Below, in pieces: positions 1-8,558 of a stretch of 64,000 bases of DNA. Numbering within the stretch: the stretch's first letter is position 1; each line of letters opens with the position of its first letter. Below the pieces are notes generated by a model, which worked only from the letters and a program-made list of their open reading frames with translations, ran no database searches and had not been told where the DNA came from. This DNA comes from Patescibacteria group bacterium (GTDB taxonomy: Bacteria; Patescibacteriota; Patescibacteriia; Buchananbacterales; UBA6539): assembly GCA_041649675.1 (NCBI GenBank), contig JBAZMQ010000001.1:253-64252 (forward strand). The letters are read 5' to 3'. The position numbers were made by a program, and so were the translations under genes.

Positions 1-570
1 TTGTTCCAGCTCGGTGGTCACTTTTTCCTTGTCCGGCCAGGAAAGCTTATCCCAGGCCGAAGCGACATCTTTGATTACTGGCAAGTCATTCTGCCAGCAT
101 TGGAGCAGCTCGTACAAATGGCGTTTTCGCTTGTTGGCGGCAATGGCGCTGGTTAAAGCGTCATTGATATCAAGCCAGCGGGAATACAACATTCCCGTAA
201 CCCAATTTTTCACACCGGGCTTTTTCAGGAGCGCTTCCGCTTGCCGACAGGCGTCGGTTTTGATGTCGTCATCCTCTTCTGGGTCAACGACCATGAGCAC
301 AAGGTGCTGGCAGTTTTGGCCATCATGCAATAATTGCATTTGGGCCTTGATTTTTTCAATGGTTGCCTCCTGTGTTGTAATAGTTAGGCAACCTTGGAAA
401 ATCATTGCCATGTGCGGGCTAGTTTCTGGCACCAACCATTTTTTGCCCCGGTGCATCACCCAAAACGGCGATCCTGGTTTTTTGTCTTTTTCGGCGAGCA
501 CGGCAGTGTCAGCCGAGATGACGGCACTAAAGAGCATACCGTCTGGTGGTTGTTTTGGTGATTTTTTCAT
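1..570 (-). CDS. hypothetical protein, 3-prime partial (ORF runs off window start)
   Basis: Minus-strand ORF with ATG at 568-570 preceded by GGAGGA Shine-Dalgarno (revcomp of atcctcc at 571-577). Translation MKKSPKQPPDGMLFSAVISADTAVLAEKDKKPGSPFWVMHRGKKW... has plausible composition. The plus-strand ORF 14..583 in the track is its antisense. Confidence 0.55.
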   Translation of the reverse strand, partial: MKKSPKQPPDGMLFSAVISADTAVLAEKDKKPGSPFWVMHRGKKWLVPETSPHMAMIFQGCLTITTQEATIEKIKAQMQLLHDGQNCQHLVLMVVDPEEDDDIKTDACRQAEALLKKPGVKNWVTGMLYSRWLDINDALTSAIAANKRKRHLYELLQCWQNDLPVIKDVASAWDKLSWPDKEKVTTELEQ

Positions 571-683
571 ATCCTCCGATTGATCCTTTCTAGCCTGTTA
601 TCTGTGGTTTCATTTTTTTACATTGACGGTTTAACCTTAGACCCTATCACTTTTTTGGTTATTTGTCAATATATATTGAGTAA

Positions 684-705
684 AACAAAAAACCAGATGC
701 TGGTT
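684..705 (-). terminator. rho-independent terminator downstream of rpmA
   Basis: aaaccag-atg-ctggttt hairpin; on the minus strand it is followed by a T-run (plus-strand aaaaaa at 684-690). Confidence 0.5.
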
Positions 706-742
706 TAATTCAAAATTAATTGAATACCGATCTGGTGATTTG

Positions 743-1027
743 TTATTTTTTTGTCGGAGTAATATTGACGAATTTAACCCATTCCAGCGAGCCGTTAAAT
801 TTTTTCATTTTTTTGCGGCTAAATTTAACAATGCCCGAGACTAATGCGTATAAAGTATCGTCAGCGCCTTTTTTGACATTCAAACCTGGTCTGATTTTAC
901 TGCCCCTTTGGCGAACCAAGATATTGCCAGCTTTAGCAATTTCTCCGGCAAAAAGTTTGGTGCCTAACCGTTGAGCTTGGGAGTCACGGCCTAGACTAGT
1001 TGAACCGCCTGCTTTTTTATGAGCCAT
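743..1027 (-). CDS. rpmA: 50S ribosomal protein L27
   Basis: [22 protein letters not shown]...[15 protein letters not shown] matches the conserved L27 N-terminus; 94 aa. Confidence 0.93.
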   Translation of the reverse strand: MAHKKAGGSTSLGRDSQAQRLGTKLFAGEIAKAGNILVRQRGSKIRPGLNVKKGADDTLYALVSGIVKFSRKKMKKFNGSLEWVKFVNITPTKK

Positions 1028-1092
1028 ATTTTTTTAGGTAATTAGGTTTTAGGTAATTAGGTATGAAAATAGTATAAATGATTATGCTTGAA

Positions 1093-1121
1093 TTGTCAAG
1101 AAAGGTAGATTATTGTATAAT
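1093..1121 (+). promoter_or_regulatory. sigma70-like promoter (TTGTCA-17-TATAAT), probably leaderless mRNA
   Basis: -35 ttgtca at 1093-1098, 17-nt spacer, -10 tataat at 1116-1121; ATG at 1131 lies about 10 nt after the -10. Confidence 0.5.
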
Positions 1122-1130
1122 GGCAAGCAT

Positions 1131-1970
1131 ATGAACCATAAACATTTATTTTTAATTGTACTAGCTTTTGCTTTTTTAGCTGGCTGCCAAACCCAGAATC
1201 AGGCTTTGGTAAATCAGAATATGCCAGTTAATTCAGATAACCAAAATAATCAACCAGCGCCCGTTGAGACTTCAACTGTAAGTTTGGTAAATAATTCGGT
1301 CAATACCAACCAAGCTGTTACCTCAACTGTGCCAGTTAATAAACCCACCAGTACGCCAAGCCAGACAACAACGGCAAAATTTTTGGACTACCCGGTGGCC
1401 TTTGCCACTCAGGCGCCTTATTCTAATTGGGATGCTTTGCACGAAGAAGCTTGTGAGGAAGCGAGTATGACCATGGCGGAAAAATACGTCAAAAATGAAC
1501 CCTTGACGGCGCACATCATGGAACAGTCAATTTTGAATGTCATTAAGTGGGAAGGGGAGAATGGTTATAAAGTTGATTTGTCAGCCCAGGAAGCCGTTGA
1601 TATATTGGCAAAATATTTTAACGTCAAATCGCAATTAGATAATACCGTGACAACGGCGGAGATTAAAAAACAATTACAAGCGGGAAATATTATTATCATT
1701 CCGGCCGCGGGTAGGCATTTGGGTAATCCTAACTTTAAGGCGCCGGGTCCGCTTTACCACATGTTAGTCGTTCGGGGATATGATGATAATAGGGGTGAGT
1801 TTATCACCAACGATCCCGGAACCAGAAAGGGCGAAGGCTATCGTTATAAATATCAGGTTTTAATTGATGCTATCCATAATTGGGATCATTTATGGGACCA
1901 GAACGGAGCCACTGTAACTGATTCGCAAATGGTGCAAGGTAAGAAAGTGATGATAATTATTAATAAATAA
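1131..1970 (+). CDS. lipoprotein with C39-like cysteine peptidase domain (Peptidase_C39_2-like)
   Basis: Signal peptide with lipobox LAGC; Thr/Asn/Gln-rich linker; C-terminal domain with conserved Cys (EEACEEAS) and His (YHMLVVRGYDD) as in YvpB-like C39 peptidases. The track start 1113 is a TTG; ATG 1131 preferred. Confidence 0.6.
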   Translation: MNHKHLFLIVLAFAFLAGCQTQNQALVNQNMPVNSDNQNNQPAPVETSTVSLVNNSVNTNQAVTSTVPVNKPTSTPSQTTTAKFLDYPVAFATQAPYSNWDALHEEACEEASMTMAEKYVKNEPLTAHIMEQSILNVIKWEGENGYKVDLSAQEAVDILAKYFNVKSQLDNTVTTAEIKKQLQAGNIIIIPAAGRHLGNPNFKAPGPLYHMLVVRGYDDNRGEFITNDPGTRKGEGYRYKYQVLIDAIHNWDHLWDQNGATVTDSQMVQGKKVMIIINK

Positions 1971-2003
1971 ATTTAGGCTTCAATATTATATTTTAAGAGG
2001 GTC

Positions 2004-2031
2004 TTGACAAAGTTTTTTGGCGTGCTAAAAT
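2004..2031 (+). promoter_or_regulatory. sigma70-like promoter of the isc operon (TTGACA-16-TAAAAT)
   Basis: ttgaca 2004-2009, taaaat 2026-2031. Confidence 0.45.
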
Positions 2032-2113
2032 GTAAATACCAACTAAAATGGTTGGTATTAATTATTAACACCTAAGATATTATGACCGGACCAGGTTGCT
2101 GCTAATCGCAGCT

Positions 2114-2146
2114 GAGGTGGGCAGGCCTAGCGCCTGCCTATACCTC
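2114..2146 (+). promoter_or_regulatory. GC-rich compound hairpin in the iscR 5-prime leader
   Basis: gaggt-gggcaggc-ctagc-gcctgcc-t-atacctc nested perfect stems, directly upstream of iscR; an 8-bp hairpin ataccaac/gttggtat at 2036-2058 precedes it. Confidence 0.3.
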
Positions 2147-2159
2147 TTGAATATAGTTT

Positions 2160-2561
2160 ATGAAATTTTCTACCCGATCGTCTTATGGATTAAGAGCAAT
2201 AATCCATTTGGCTAAAAATTACCAAAAAACTCCGTATTCCTTGGCTAAAATTGCCCGGGAAGAAAAAATTTCCCTGGCTTACCTGGAGAGGTTGTTTTCT
2301 GGCTTAAAAAGCGCCGGTTTAGTGACTAGTTCTAAAGGAATGGCTGGTGGCTACCAATTGGCCAAAAGTCCGTCTAAAATCACCGTTTTTAGCGTTATAA
2401 AGGCTCTTGAAGGCCAGATGTCGGTTTTTCATTGCCTAAATGAAAAAGGGGAAATTTTTTGCGGTCAAAAATGTTGCCCTTCGGTCAAGGTTTACCAAAA
2501 GGTCCAAAAGGCGATTGCCGATAGTTTGCAATCAATGACACTTAAAGATTTAATAAAATAA
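2160..2561 (+). CDS. iscR: Rrf2 family transcriptional regulator (IscR-like)
   Basis: MKFSTRSSYGLRAIIHLA... Rrf2 wHTH; C-terminal Cys cluster HCLNEKGEIFCGQKCC; leads the iscU/iscS operon. Confidence 0.85.
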   Translation: MKFSTRSSYGLRAIIHLAKNYQKTPYSLAKIAREEKISLAYLERLFSGLKSAGLVTSSKGMAGGYQLAKSPSKITVFSVIKALEGQMSVFHCLNEKGEIFCGQKCCPSVKVYQKVQKAIADSLQSMTLKDLIK

Positions 2562-2562
2562 T

Positions 2563-3015
2563 ATGGCATATTCACAAAAAGTAATGGATCATTTTAAAAA
2601 TCCTCATAACCAGGGTCAGATTCAAGATGCGTCAACAATTGGTGAGGTGGGCAATCCTCTTTGTGGTGATATGATGAAAATTTATCTTAAAATTGATCAT
2701 CAGCCGTCAACCGTTGATTATTTAGACGATACAATTACTGATATTAAGTTTGAGACCCTGGGTTGCGCTGCCGCTATTGCTTGTTCGTCAGTTTCAACCG
2801 ACATGGTCAAAGGCAAGACTCTGCGCGAGGCTTTTGGTTTGGAAAAAAAGGATATTGTTAATGAACTAGGAGAATTGCCGCCGGTAAAATTGCATTGTTC
2901 GGTTTTAGCGTCCGATGGTTTGAAAGTAGCCATTAAGAATTATTTACAAAATCAAGGAGTTTTAGAAGATTATCCAGAGGTTAAATCGTTCAAAATTGAA
3001 GATAATTTGCACTAG
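2563..3015 (+). CDS. iscU: Fe-S cluster assembly scaffold IscU/NifU N-terminal domain
   Basis: MAYSQKVMDHFKNPHNQG...PLCGDMMK...LGCAAAIACSS...LHCSV: the three conserved Cys motifs of IscU. Confidence 0.9.
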   Translation: MAYSQKVMDHFKNPHNQGQIQDASTIGEVGNPLCGDMMKIYLKIDHQPSTVDYLDDTITDIKFETLGCAAAIACSSVSTDMVKGKTLREAFGLEKKDIVNELGELPPVKLHCSVLASDGLKVAIKNYLQNQGVLEDYPEVKSFKIEDNLH

Positions 3016-3073
3016 CTTTTAGCTGGTAGCTTGTAGCTTGTAGGATTCTACCAGTTACAAGCTAAAAGCTAAT
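3014..3073. repeat. intergenic palindromic repeat family A (TTAGCTGGTAGCTTGTAGC / AGCTAAAAGCT), copy 1
   Basis: agcttttagctggtagcttgtagcttgtag...ccagttacaagctaaaagcta; related copies lie immediately upstream of murB (22319-22350) and rplJ (39897-39955). Confidence 0.5.
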
Positions 3074-3082
3074 AGTAAAATT

Positions 3083-3307
3083 ATGAAAGATGAAGTTAAA
3101 AAAGTTTTAGATGAAATCAGACCTAATTTGCAGGCCGATGGCGGCGATGTTGAGTTAGTGGAAGTTGATGAAAAATCTGGCGTCGTTAAAGTCCGGTTGC
3201 AAGGTGCCTGCCAGGGTTGTCCAATGTCACAAATGACTTTAAAGGAAGGGATTGGTCGGGCTTTAAAGAATAAGGTTGCAGGTTTTAAGGATATCGAGTC
3301 AGTTTAG
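3083..3307 (+). CDS. NifU C-terminal (Nfu-like) Fe-S cluster domain protein
   Basis: 74 aa with CQGCPMS CxxC motif typical of the Nfu/NifU C-terminal domain; encoded separately from the IscU domain. Confidence 0.85.
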   Translation: MKDEVKKVLDEIRPNLQADGGDVELVEVDEKSGVVKVRLQGACQGCPMSQMTLKEGIGRALKNKVAGFKDIESV

Positions 3308-3328
3308 ATGAGTAAAGGCAAGTATAAA

Positions 3329-3412
3329 AAATTAAGAAATTAAGAAAATAAAAGATTAAAGCCAAGCTAGTTTTAATTTCTTAATTTATTAATTTTTTAT
3401 TTTCTTAAATTC
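3329..3412. repeat. AT-rich inverted repeat family B (AATTAAGAAAT / ATTTCTTAATT), copy 1
   Basis: aaattaagaaattaagaaaat...aatttcttaatttattaattttttattttcttaaattc between nfu and iscS; relatives at 16862-16892, 52051-52128 and 54930-55025. Confidence 0.45.
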
Positions 3413-3413
3413 T

Positions 3414-4583
3414 ATGTCTAGCCAAAAAATCTATTTTGATCATTCGGCAACAACGCCCGTTGATCGTGAAGTCTTAAAAGCGATGACACCATTTTTTACT
3501 GAAGTTTTTGGCAATGCTTCTTCGATTCACGCTTTTGGTCAGCAAGCAATTAAAGCGGTTGATGATTCAAGGGAAAAAATCGCGGATTTTTTGGGTTGTA
3601 AAACTAATGAAGTAATATTTACTTCTGGTGCCAGCGAGAGTGATAATATTGTAATTTTAGGTTTGGCTAAACCCAGGCAGCATATTATTACTTCAAAAAT
3701 TGAGCATCCGGCAATTTTAGAACCTTGTAGGGAAATGGAAAAACAGGGTGTTGAAGTAACTTATTTAGATGTTAACAAGAAAGGATTAGTTGAGCTAGAA
3801 TCGGTTAAAAAAGCGATTAAGGAAAACACAAAGCTAATTTCAATAATGTATGTTAATAACGAAATTGGTACGATTCAACCGATCAGTGAGATTGGGAAGT
3901 TGATAAAAAAAGAAAACCGAGAACGGAAATCAGAAAACAGAATTTATTTTCATACCGATGCGGTCCAGGCTACTAATTATTGCGAAATGAATGTTGATCA
4001 GCTTGGTGTTGATTTGGTTTCAATCTCTGGTCATAAGATTTATGCCCCCAAAGGGATTGGAGCACTGTATAAAAGAGCCGGTACGCCGATTAGACCAATT
4101 CAGTTTGGTGGTCACCAAGAATATGGTATTCGGCCCGGAACCTTGAATGTGCCTGGTATTGTTGGTCTAGGTAAAGCAGTTGAATTAATTTCCCAAAGCA
4201 AAAATGATAACGAAAAAATAAAAAAATTACGCGATAAATTAATTGCTGGAATTTTGGCTAAAATTCCTAACGCTATAGTTAATGGTGATTTAGAGAAACG
4301 AGTGCCAGCTAATGCTCATTTTAGTTTTAAAGGTGTAGAAGGGGAAAGTATGCTTTTATTGTTAGACCAGGAAGGCATTGCGGTTTCAACTGGCTCGGCT
4401 TGCTCTTCGGGTTCGTTAGAACCATCTGCCGTTTTAATGGCCTTAGGCATGGATCCACTTTTAGCCCATGGCAGTTTAAGAATAACTTTGGGGAAGTTTA
4501 ATACGGAAAAAGAAATTGATTGTCTGTTGGAAAAATTACCTCCAATTATTGAAAAATTAAGAAAAATTTCGCCAATAAAATAG
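3414..4583 (+). CDS. iscS: cysteine desulfurase (class V aminotransferase)
   Basis: SSIHAFGQQA, SGHKIYAPKGIGALY (PLP-Lys), C-terminal SGSACSS active-site Cys loop; 389 aa. Contains a short insertion KKENRERKSENR at 3912-3942. Confidence 0.93.
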   Translation: MSSQKIYFDHSATTPVDREVLKAMTPFFTEVFGNASSIHAFGQQAIKAVDDSREKIADFLGCKTNEVIFTSGASESDNIVILGLAKPRQHIITSKIEHPAILEPCREMEKQGVEVTYLDVNKKGLVELESVKKAIKENTKLISIMYVNNEIGTIQPISEIGKLIKKENRERKSENRIYFHTDAVQATNYCEMNVDQLGVDLVSISGHKIYAPKGIGALYKRAGTPIRPIQFGGHQEYGIRPGTLNVPGIVGLGKAVELISQSKNDNEKIKKLRDKLIAGILAKIPNAIVNGDLEKRVPANAHFSFKGVEGESMLLLLDQEGIAVSTGSACSSGSLEPSAVLMALGMDPLLAHGSLRITLGKFNTEKEIDCLLEKLPPIIEKLRKISPIK

Positions 4584-4592
4584 TTAGGGTAA

Positions 4593-4628
4593 TAAAAAAA
4601 AGACAGGTCAGCGCCTGTCTTTTTTTTA
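4593..4628. terminator. bidirectional rho-independent terminator
   Basis: A-run, agacagg-tcagcg-cctgtct hairpin (4601-4620), T-run; lies between convergent iscS and the pilus-operon end. Confidence 0.6.
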
Positions 4629-4635
4629 TTACTAA

Positions 4636-4968
4636 TCAATCAATGCCTTGAATCGTTTGTTTATTTGGTAAGTTGGCGGTGAATGGATTTTTAATCTCAG
4701 CCCAGTTGATTTTGTCGGGGGCGGAAAATTTTTTATCTAGCGCTGTCAGCGCTGTTCTGAATTTTTCAACGTTAATTGTGTAGGGTGATACCTCGGCTCG
4801 TAAAACAACAATTTCTTGTGATTGAGTGATAGTTTGGTAGAAATTTTTGTATAGAAATAAACTCAGAAATCCAATACTAATCAAAAATGTTATTAGAATA
4901 ACAATCGTAATAATTCTAGCTGAAGCCAGGAGTTTAATTATTCTTTGTATTAATTGCTTTATTTTCAT
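4636..4968 (-). CDS. hypothetical single-pass membrane protein (last gene of the pilus operon)
   Basis: 110 aa, N-terminal TM helix; operon context with pilO. Confidence 0.5.
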   Translation of the reverse strand: MKIKQLIQRIIKLLASARIITIVILITFLISIGFLSLFLYKNFYQTITQSQEIVVLRAEVSPYTINVEKFRTALTALDKKFSAPDKINWAEIKNPFTANLPNKQTIQGID

Positions 4969-4974
4969 ACCGGT

Positions 4975-5511
4975 TTATTTTTTTTCGGTATTAGATTGAG
5001 TAAAGGCATTGCTGTAAAGGGTGGCAGTGATTGAATCTTTCTCGGCATTAAACTGTAAGTTAGTAATATTTAAATAATAGTTAAGCTTTTCTAGTCCAGT
5101 TAAGTATTTCATTATCTGATAAAAATTGCCTTGAATTGTCATTTTGATTGGCAAGACTTGTAGATCGCCAGTTTTGGTGGTGCTTTGGGTATTTAATTCA
5201 AGATTTTGTTTGACACCGTTGGTGCTGGCAACATCTTCAAGGGTAGAAATAAATTTTAATTCATTTCCCTGGGGAATAAAAACTGTATTGAGTTTATCTT
5301 TTTGCGGTTTTATTTCTTCAAAATCGTTAACAGTTTTTTTTAATAGTTGCCCCCTTAAATATTTTTTTTCCAAATCGACTCTCTCAGCGTAAATAGCATT
5401 GCTGATTTTTTTTATATCATGGATAGTTGGGATTATAACCAAACCAGCAACTAAGCCAATAATGATAACGAAAAGTAGAATTGAAATAATTATCTTTATT
5501 TTAAAATTCAT
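4975..5511 (-). CDS. pilO: type IV pilus assembly protein PilO-like
   Basis: 178 aa, N-terminal TM helix then coiled-coil then C-terminal domain; position downstream of pilN. Confidence 0.55.
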   Translation of the reverse strand: MNFKIKIIISILLFVIIIGLVAGLVIIPTIHDIKKISNAIYAERVDLEKKYLRGQLLKKTVNDFEEIKPQKDKLNTVFIPQGNELKFISTLEDVASTNGVKQNLELNTQSTTKTGDLQVLPIKMTIQGNFYQIMKYLTGLEKLNYYLNITNLQFNAEKDSITATLYSNAFTQSNTEKK

Positions 5512-6074
5512 AAGTTTGCTAGTTGGTCAAGGTTGATTTTACCCTCAACTTGAAAATCTATATTTTCTTTTTTTAGAAGGTAATCCAGAGGTATGTCAAT
5601 ATCAGAAAGGAGGGAAAAGCTTTCCAGATTGCTTTTGAATTTTAATAAATTATCTCGGGTTTTGGCAAAACCATTAATTATAATTTGATTTTCCTCGCTG
5701 CTTTCTATATTTAAATTATAAAGACTGACATTATCCGGAATAATTAAAATAAATTTATTCATAAAACTAGTCCAGCTAAAGTAGCTCCCTTGGATTTTAT
5801 TTACGAGTGATAGCTGTTTATTAAAGTTTTCAATATCGGTATTTAATATTCTGCCATATTTTGTGGTCAAAGTGCTATTAGCGACCACTTCATTAAAATT
5901 ATTTTGTAAAGTTATTTTTGCTATCATTAAAACTACGGCAATAAAAATTGTGAAAAGTAAAAAAATTATAGTTAAATTTTTTATGACAATATAAAACTGA
6001 CGGAGGTTTAGTTCTTCTTTTTTTTGCGGTGGGATTAAATTCAAACTAATCATCGGTGTTTTTCCTTTTGCCAT
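5508..6074 (-). CDS. pilN: type IV pilus assembly protein PilN-like
   Basis: 188 aa, single TM, follows pilM with overlapping stop/start. Confidence 0.55.
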   Translation of the reverse strand: MAKGKTPMISLNLIPPQKKEELNLRQFYIVIKNLTIIFLLFTIFIAVVLMIAKITLQNNFNEVVANSTLTTKYGRILNTDIENFNKQLSLVNKIQGSYFSWTSFMNKFILIIPDNVSLYNLNIESSEENQIIINGFAKTRDNLLKFKSNLESFSLLSDIDIPLDYLLKKENIDFQVEGKINLDQLANL

Positions 6075-7117
6075 ACCCTTAAACCTAAGCCAATAGCAGT
6101 TGTATAGGATAGCAATTTATCCTGGGGGATTTTTATCTTTCTGTTTTTACCCAAATTAATTAAGGGATTAGCGATAGTTACTGGTAATTTTAGTTTTTCG
6201 GTCAGTACTTTGTCAATTTGACATAAATTAGCCCCGCCGCCACAAAGAATAATTTCAGTAACGGCATTGCTGTCCGGGGAGTTAGTCTTATAGAAGGTAA
6301 TGGCTTGATTTATATGATTGGCTAAATTATCAATCGCTAAGGCCATGATTTTTAAAACCGCCCCTTCGCATTTTTGCGGGTCCAGCCCACAAACTATTTT
6401 TGCCTTTTCAGCCTGGGCAAGCTCTAATTTTAAATTTGTAGCGATTGTTTCGGTTATTTTGTTACCAGAAATTGGTAGGCTGGAAGTAAATTGAACCGTT
6501 TGTTGATCATAGACGATTAAACCAGTCCTGGTAGCACCAAAGTCAATAATAATCTTAGCTTGTTTGGTATTTTTTTCTTTTTCGTCAATTACTGCGCGAG
6601 CAATAGCGATCGCTTCTATTTCAAAAATTAGTGGTATGAGCCCAGCTTTTTGGATGGCTGAAAAATAGGAATTAGATATTTCTTGGGGTACTACTCCGAC
6701 TAAAATTTTTGTTGTTTTATTGCTTTGTTCAACTATTTGCCAATCAAAGCAAGCCTCTTCTAAGTTTAAGGGAATGTGTTTTTTTATTTCTTCTTTAATT
6801 GATTCCGAGAGGTCTTTTTCTTTGCTAATATAAGGAATTTCAATAACTTTGATAAAAGTTTTTGGTTCAGGTAAAACGGTGACTACGTCTTTAGCAATTA
6901 TTTTTTTCTCTTGGCTAGTTTTAACTAATTTAGTAATTGAAGATACTAAATTATCCAATTTAGCAATTTCACCATTGATGATAATGCCTTGGTCGATCTT
7001 AATTTCATTAAAGGAAAAAATAATTAAATTTTTACCTCGTTTTTTGAGTTGAATTAATCGTAAAGCGCCTTCGCTAACATCTAGGCCAAAAGTATTTTTA
7101 GAAAAGTTGAATAACAT
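6050..7117 (-). CDS. pilM: type IV pilus assembly protein PilM (actin-like ATPase fold)
   Basis: 355 aa; MLFNFSKNTFGLDVSEGALRLIQLKK... PilM/FtsA-like N-terminus; GGG motif CGGGANL. Confidence 0.85.
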   Translation of the reverse strand: MLFNFSKNTFGLDVSEGALRLIQLKKRGKNLIIFSFNEIKIDQGIIINGEIAKLDNLVSSITKLVKTSQEKKIIAKDVVTVLPEPKTFIKVIEIPYISKEKDLSESIKEEIKKHIPLNLEEACFDWQIVEQSNKTTKILVGVVPQEISNSYFSAIQKAGLIPLIFEIEAIAIARAVIDEKEKNTKQAKIIIDFGATRTGLIVYDQQTVQFTSSLPISGNKITETIATNLKLELAQAEKAKIVCGLDPQKCEGAVLKIMALAIDNLANHINQAITFYKTNSPDSNAVTEIILCGGGANLCQIDKVLTEKLKLPVTIANPLINLGKNRKIKIPQDKLLSYTTAIGLGLRVWQKEKHR

Positions 7118-7126
7118 AGTTTTTTA

Positions 7127-8530
7127 TTATCGGTTCATTTCTTCCCAGGAAATGAATTCATACTTACCGCTGGTCGGAAAATATGGTGGCGGGGCGTAGA
7201 GAGTATTAGGATCGTAAACATAAGCACGATTTGCGTAGCCACTTGAGCCACTAGACATATAGGGCGTTAAATTACTGATTGTTGTGCCATATAGCGTAAA
7301 TTGGTTTCTTGATACAGTGGAACCGCATTCATAGCTTGAGCCATAATCAGGTCGATAGCGTTTGCCATTTTTAGCGATTAAAACAGCATCAATTTCTAAA
7401 TTATCAGCGCTGTATAATCCGATAACCACATTATTCTGAGCAATAAGGCCAATAACATCGTGTCCATCCTTGTTGGTGTATAACAAATTGTTATTTAGAA
7501 AAATATCGGCTGTGCCAGTATCAAGCGGTTCTTTGGCCGCAACAACTGTTGCTCGGCTATGGTCTATTGTCCCGTCAATCCAGACATTATCTTTGACAAA
7601 AATCATGCCATTTTCGGGAATCGTTGTGGTTTGCCAATCAGTTTTGTAATTGCCGATGCCGCCAGTTGGTTGATTGTTACAGTCTGACGTCTTAGTTTCT
7701 ACTGTGCGATAGCGGAAAGTATTATTAGTTTGAAATTGGAGGTGGTAACCTTGGTAGCCTGAAGCGGGTAGAAAAAATCCACTTGATGTAGCAGCCGCTT
7801 CCATCGTACTTAGATTTTGAGTAAAACCGGTAAAATCGACTGCTGGTACGGGAAATTCTTTGCCGGCCAAAAACACTTGACTTTCATGAGATTGACTAGT
7901 CCAAACTCCGTCGTGCCAAGAACCGCTATACCAATATTGTTGTAAGGCGCTGCTGATTATATTATGAGCGACACCATCAAATCTGACACCACCATTAGAA
8001 ATCACTGGACCATAAGTTTCAGAACCAGTTCCGTAATCAATATTGCTATTGACTACCGTAGTAAAACGGGCAAGGGAAGGGACGCCAAGTCGAACAGCCA
8101 CAATCTTTTTAGTGTTAGGGTAGTTTACTGTCCAGCCAGTTGATTTAATTTGAACTACAGTTGAGCCTGGGTAGTCTGGGTCGGGCGGAGTGATTGTTAA
8201 GCTGAAATAACCCAATAAATCACCACTTGGATCATGGTATTCATGAACATAAGGGCCGCAAGGATAGCAACTACTTTGGCCGGTGCCGTCGGTATAATCT
8301 TGCAAAGCATGAGCTAAATGCCAACGGTAGTAATTTGCGCCAGCTTCGGCAATTTGTTGAGCCAGACTCTGAGCTTCCCATTGGCGGCTTAGGCGCCTTT
8401 GTTGATTAACTAAACCAATCAGACCACTGGCAATTATTAAAAAGACACCCATAAAAACCAATGTTGTTATCAGTATATCACCTTTTTGCTGGTAAACCAA
8501 GATATTTTTTTTATAAATTTGGTGGTTCAT
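7127..8530 (-). CDS. PilX-like N-terminal TM protein (putative minor pilin or tip-associated protein)
   Basis: 467 aa; the N-terminal hydrophobic helix GDILITTLVFMGVFLIIASGLIGLV followed by QQRRLSRQWEAQ resembles the PilX_N domain. Confidence 0.45.
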   Translation of the reverse strand: MNHQIYKKNILVYQQKGDILITTLVFMGVFLIIASGLIGLVNQQRRLSRQWEAQSLAQQIAEAGANYYRWHLAHALQDYTDGTGQSSCYPCGPYVHEYHDPSGDLLGYFSLTITPPDPDYPGSTVVQIKSTGWTVNYPNTKKIVAVRLGVPSLARFTTVVNSNIDYGTGSETYGPVISNGGVRFDGVAHNIISSALQQYWYSGSWHDGVWTSQSHESQVFLAGKEFPVPAVDFTGFTQNLSTMEAAATSSGFFLPASGYQGYHLQFQTNNTFRYRTVETKTSDCNNQPTGGIGNYKTDWQTTTIPENGMIFVKDNVWIDGTIDHSRATVVAAKEPLDTGTADIFLNNNLLYTNKDGHDVIGLIAQNNVVIGLYSADNLEIDAVLIAKNGKRYRPDYGSSYECGSTVSRNQFTLYGTTISNLTPYMSSGSSGYANRAYVYDPNTLYAPPPYFPTSGKYEFISWEEMNR

Positions 8531-8558
8531 TTTTTATTTTAGTATTGAGATGTAATAT

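Noticed and set aside
14-583. Plus-strand 189-aa ORF from the track
   Set aside because: Its composition is implausible (Ser/Cys/Trp-rich, no motifs). The opposite strand carries a better ORF with a strong GGAGGA RBS and an ATG at 568-570. I treat 14-583(+) as the antisense shadow of the real minus-strand gene.
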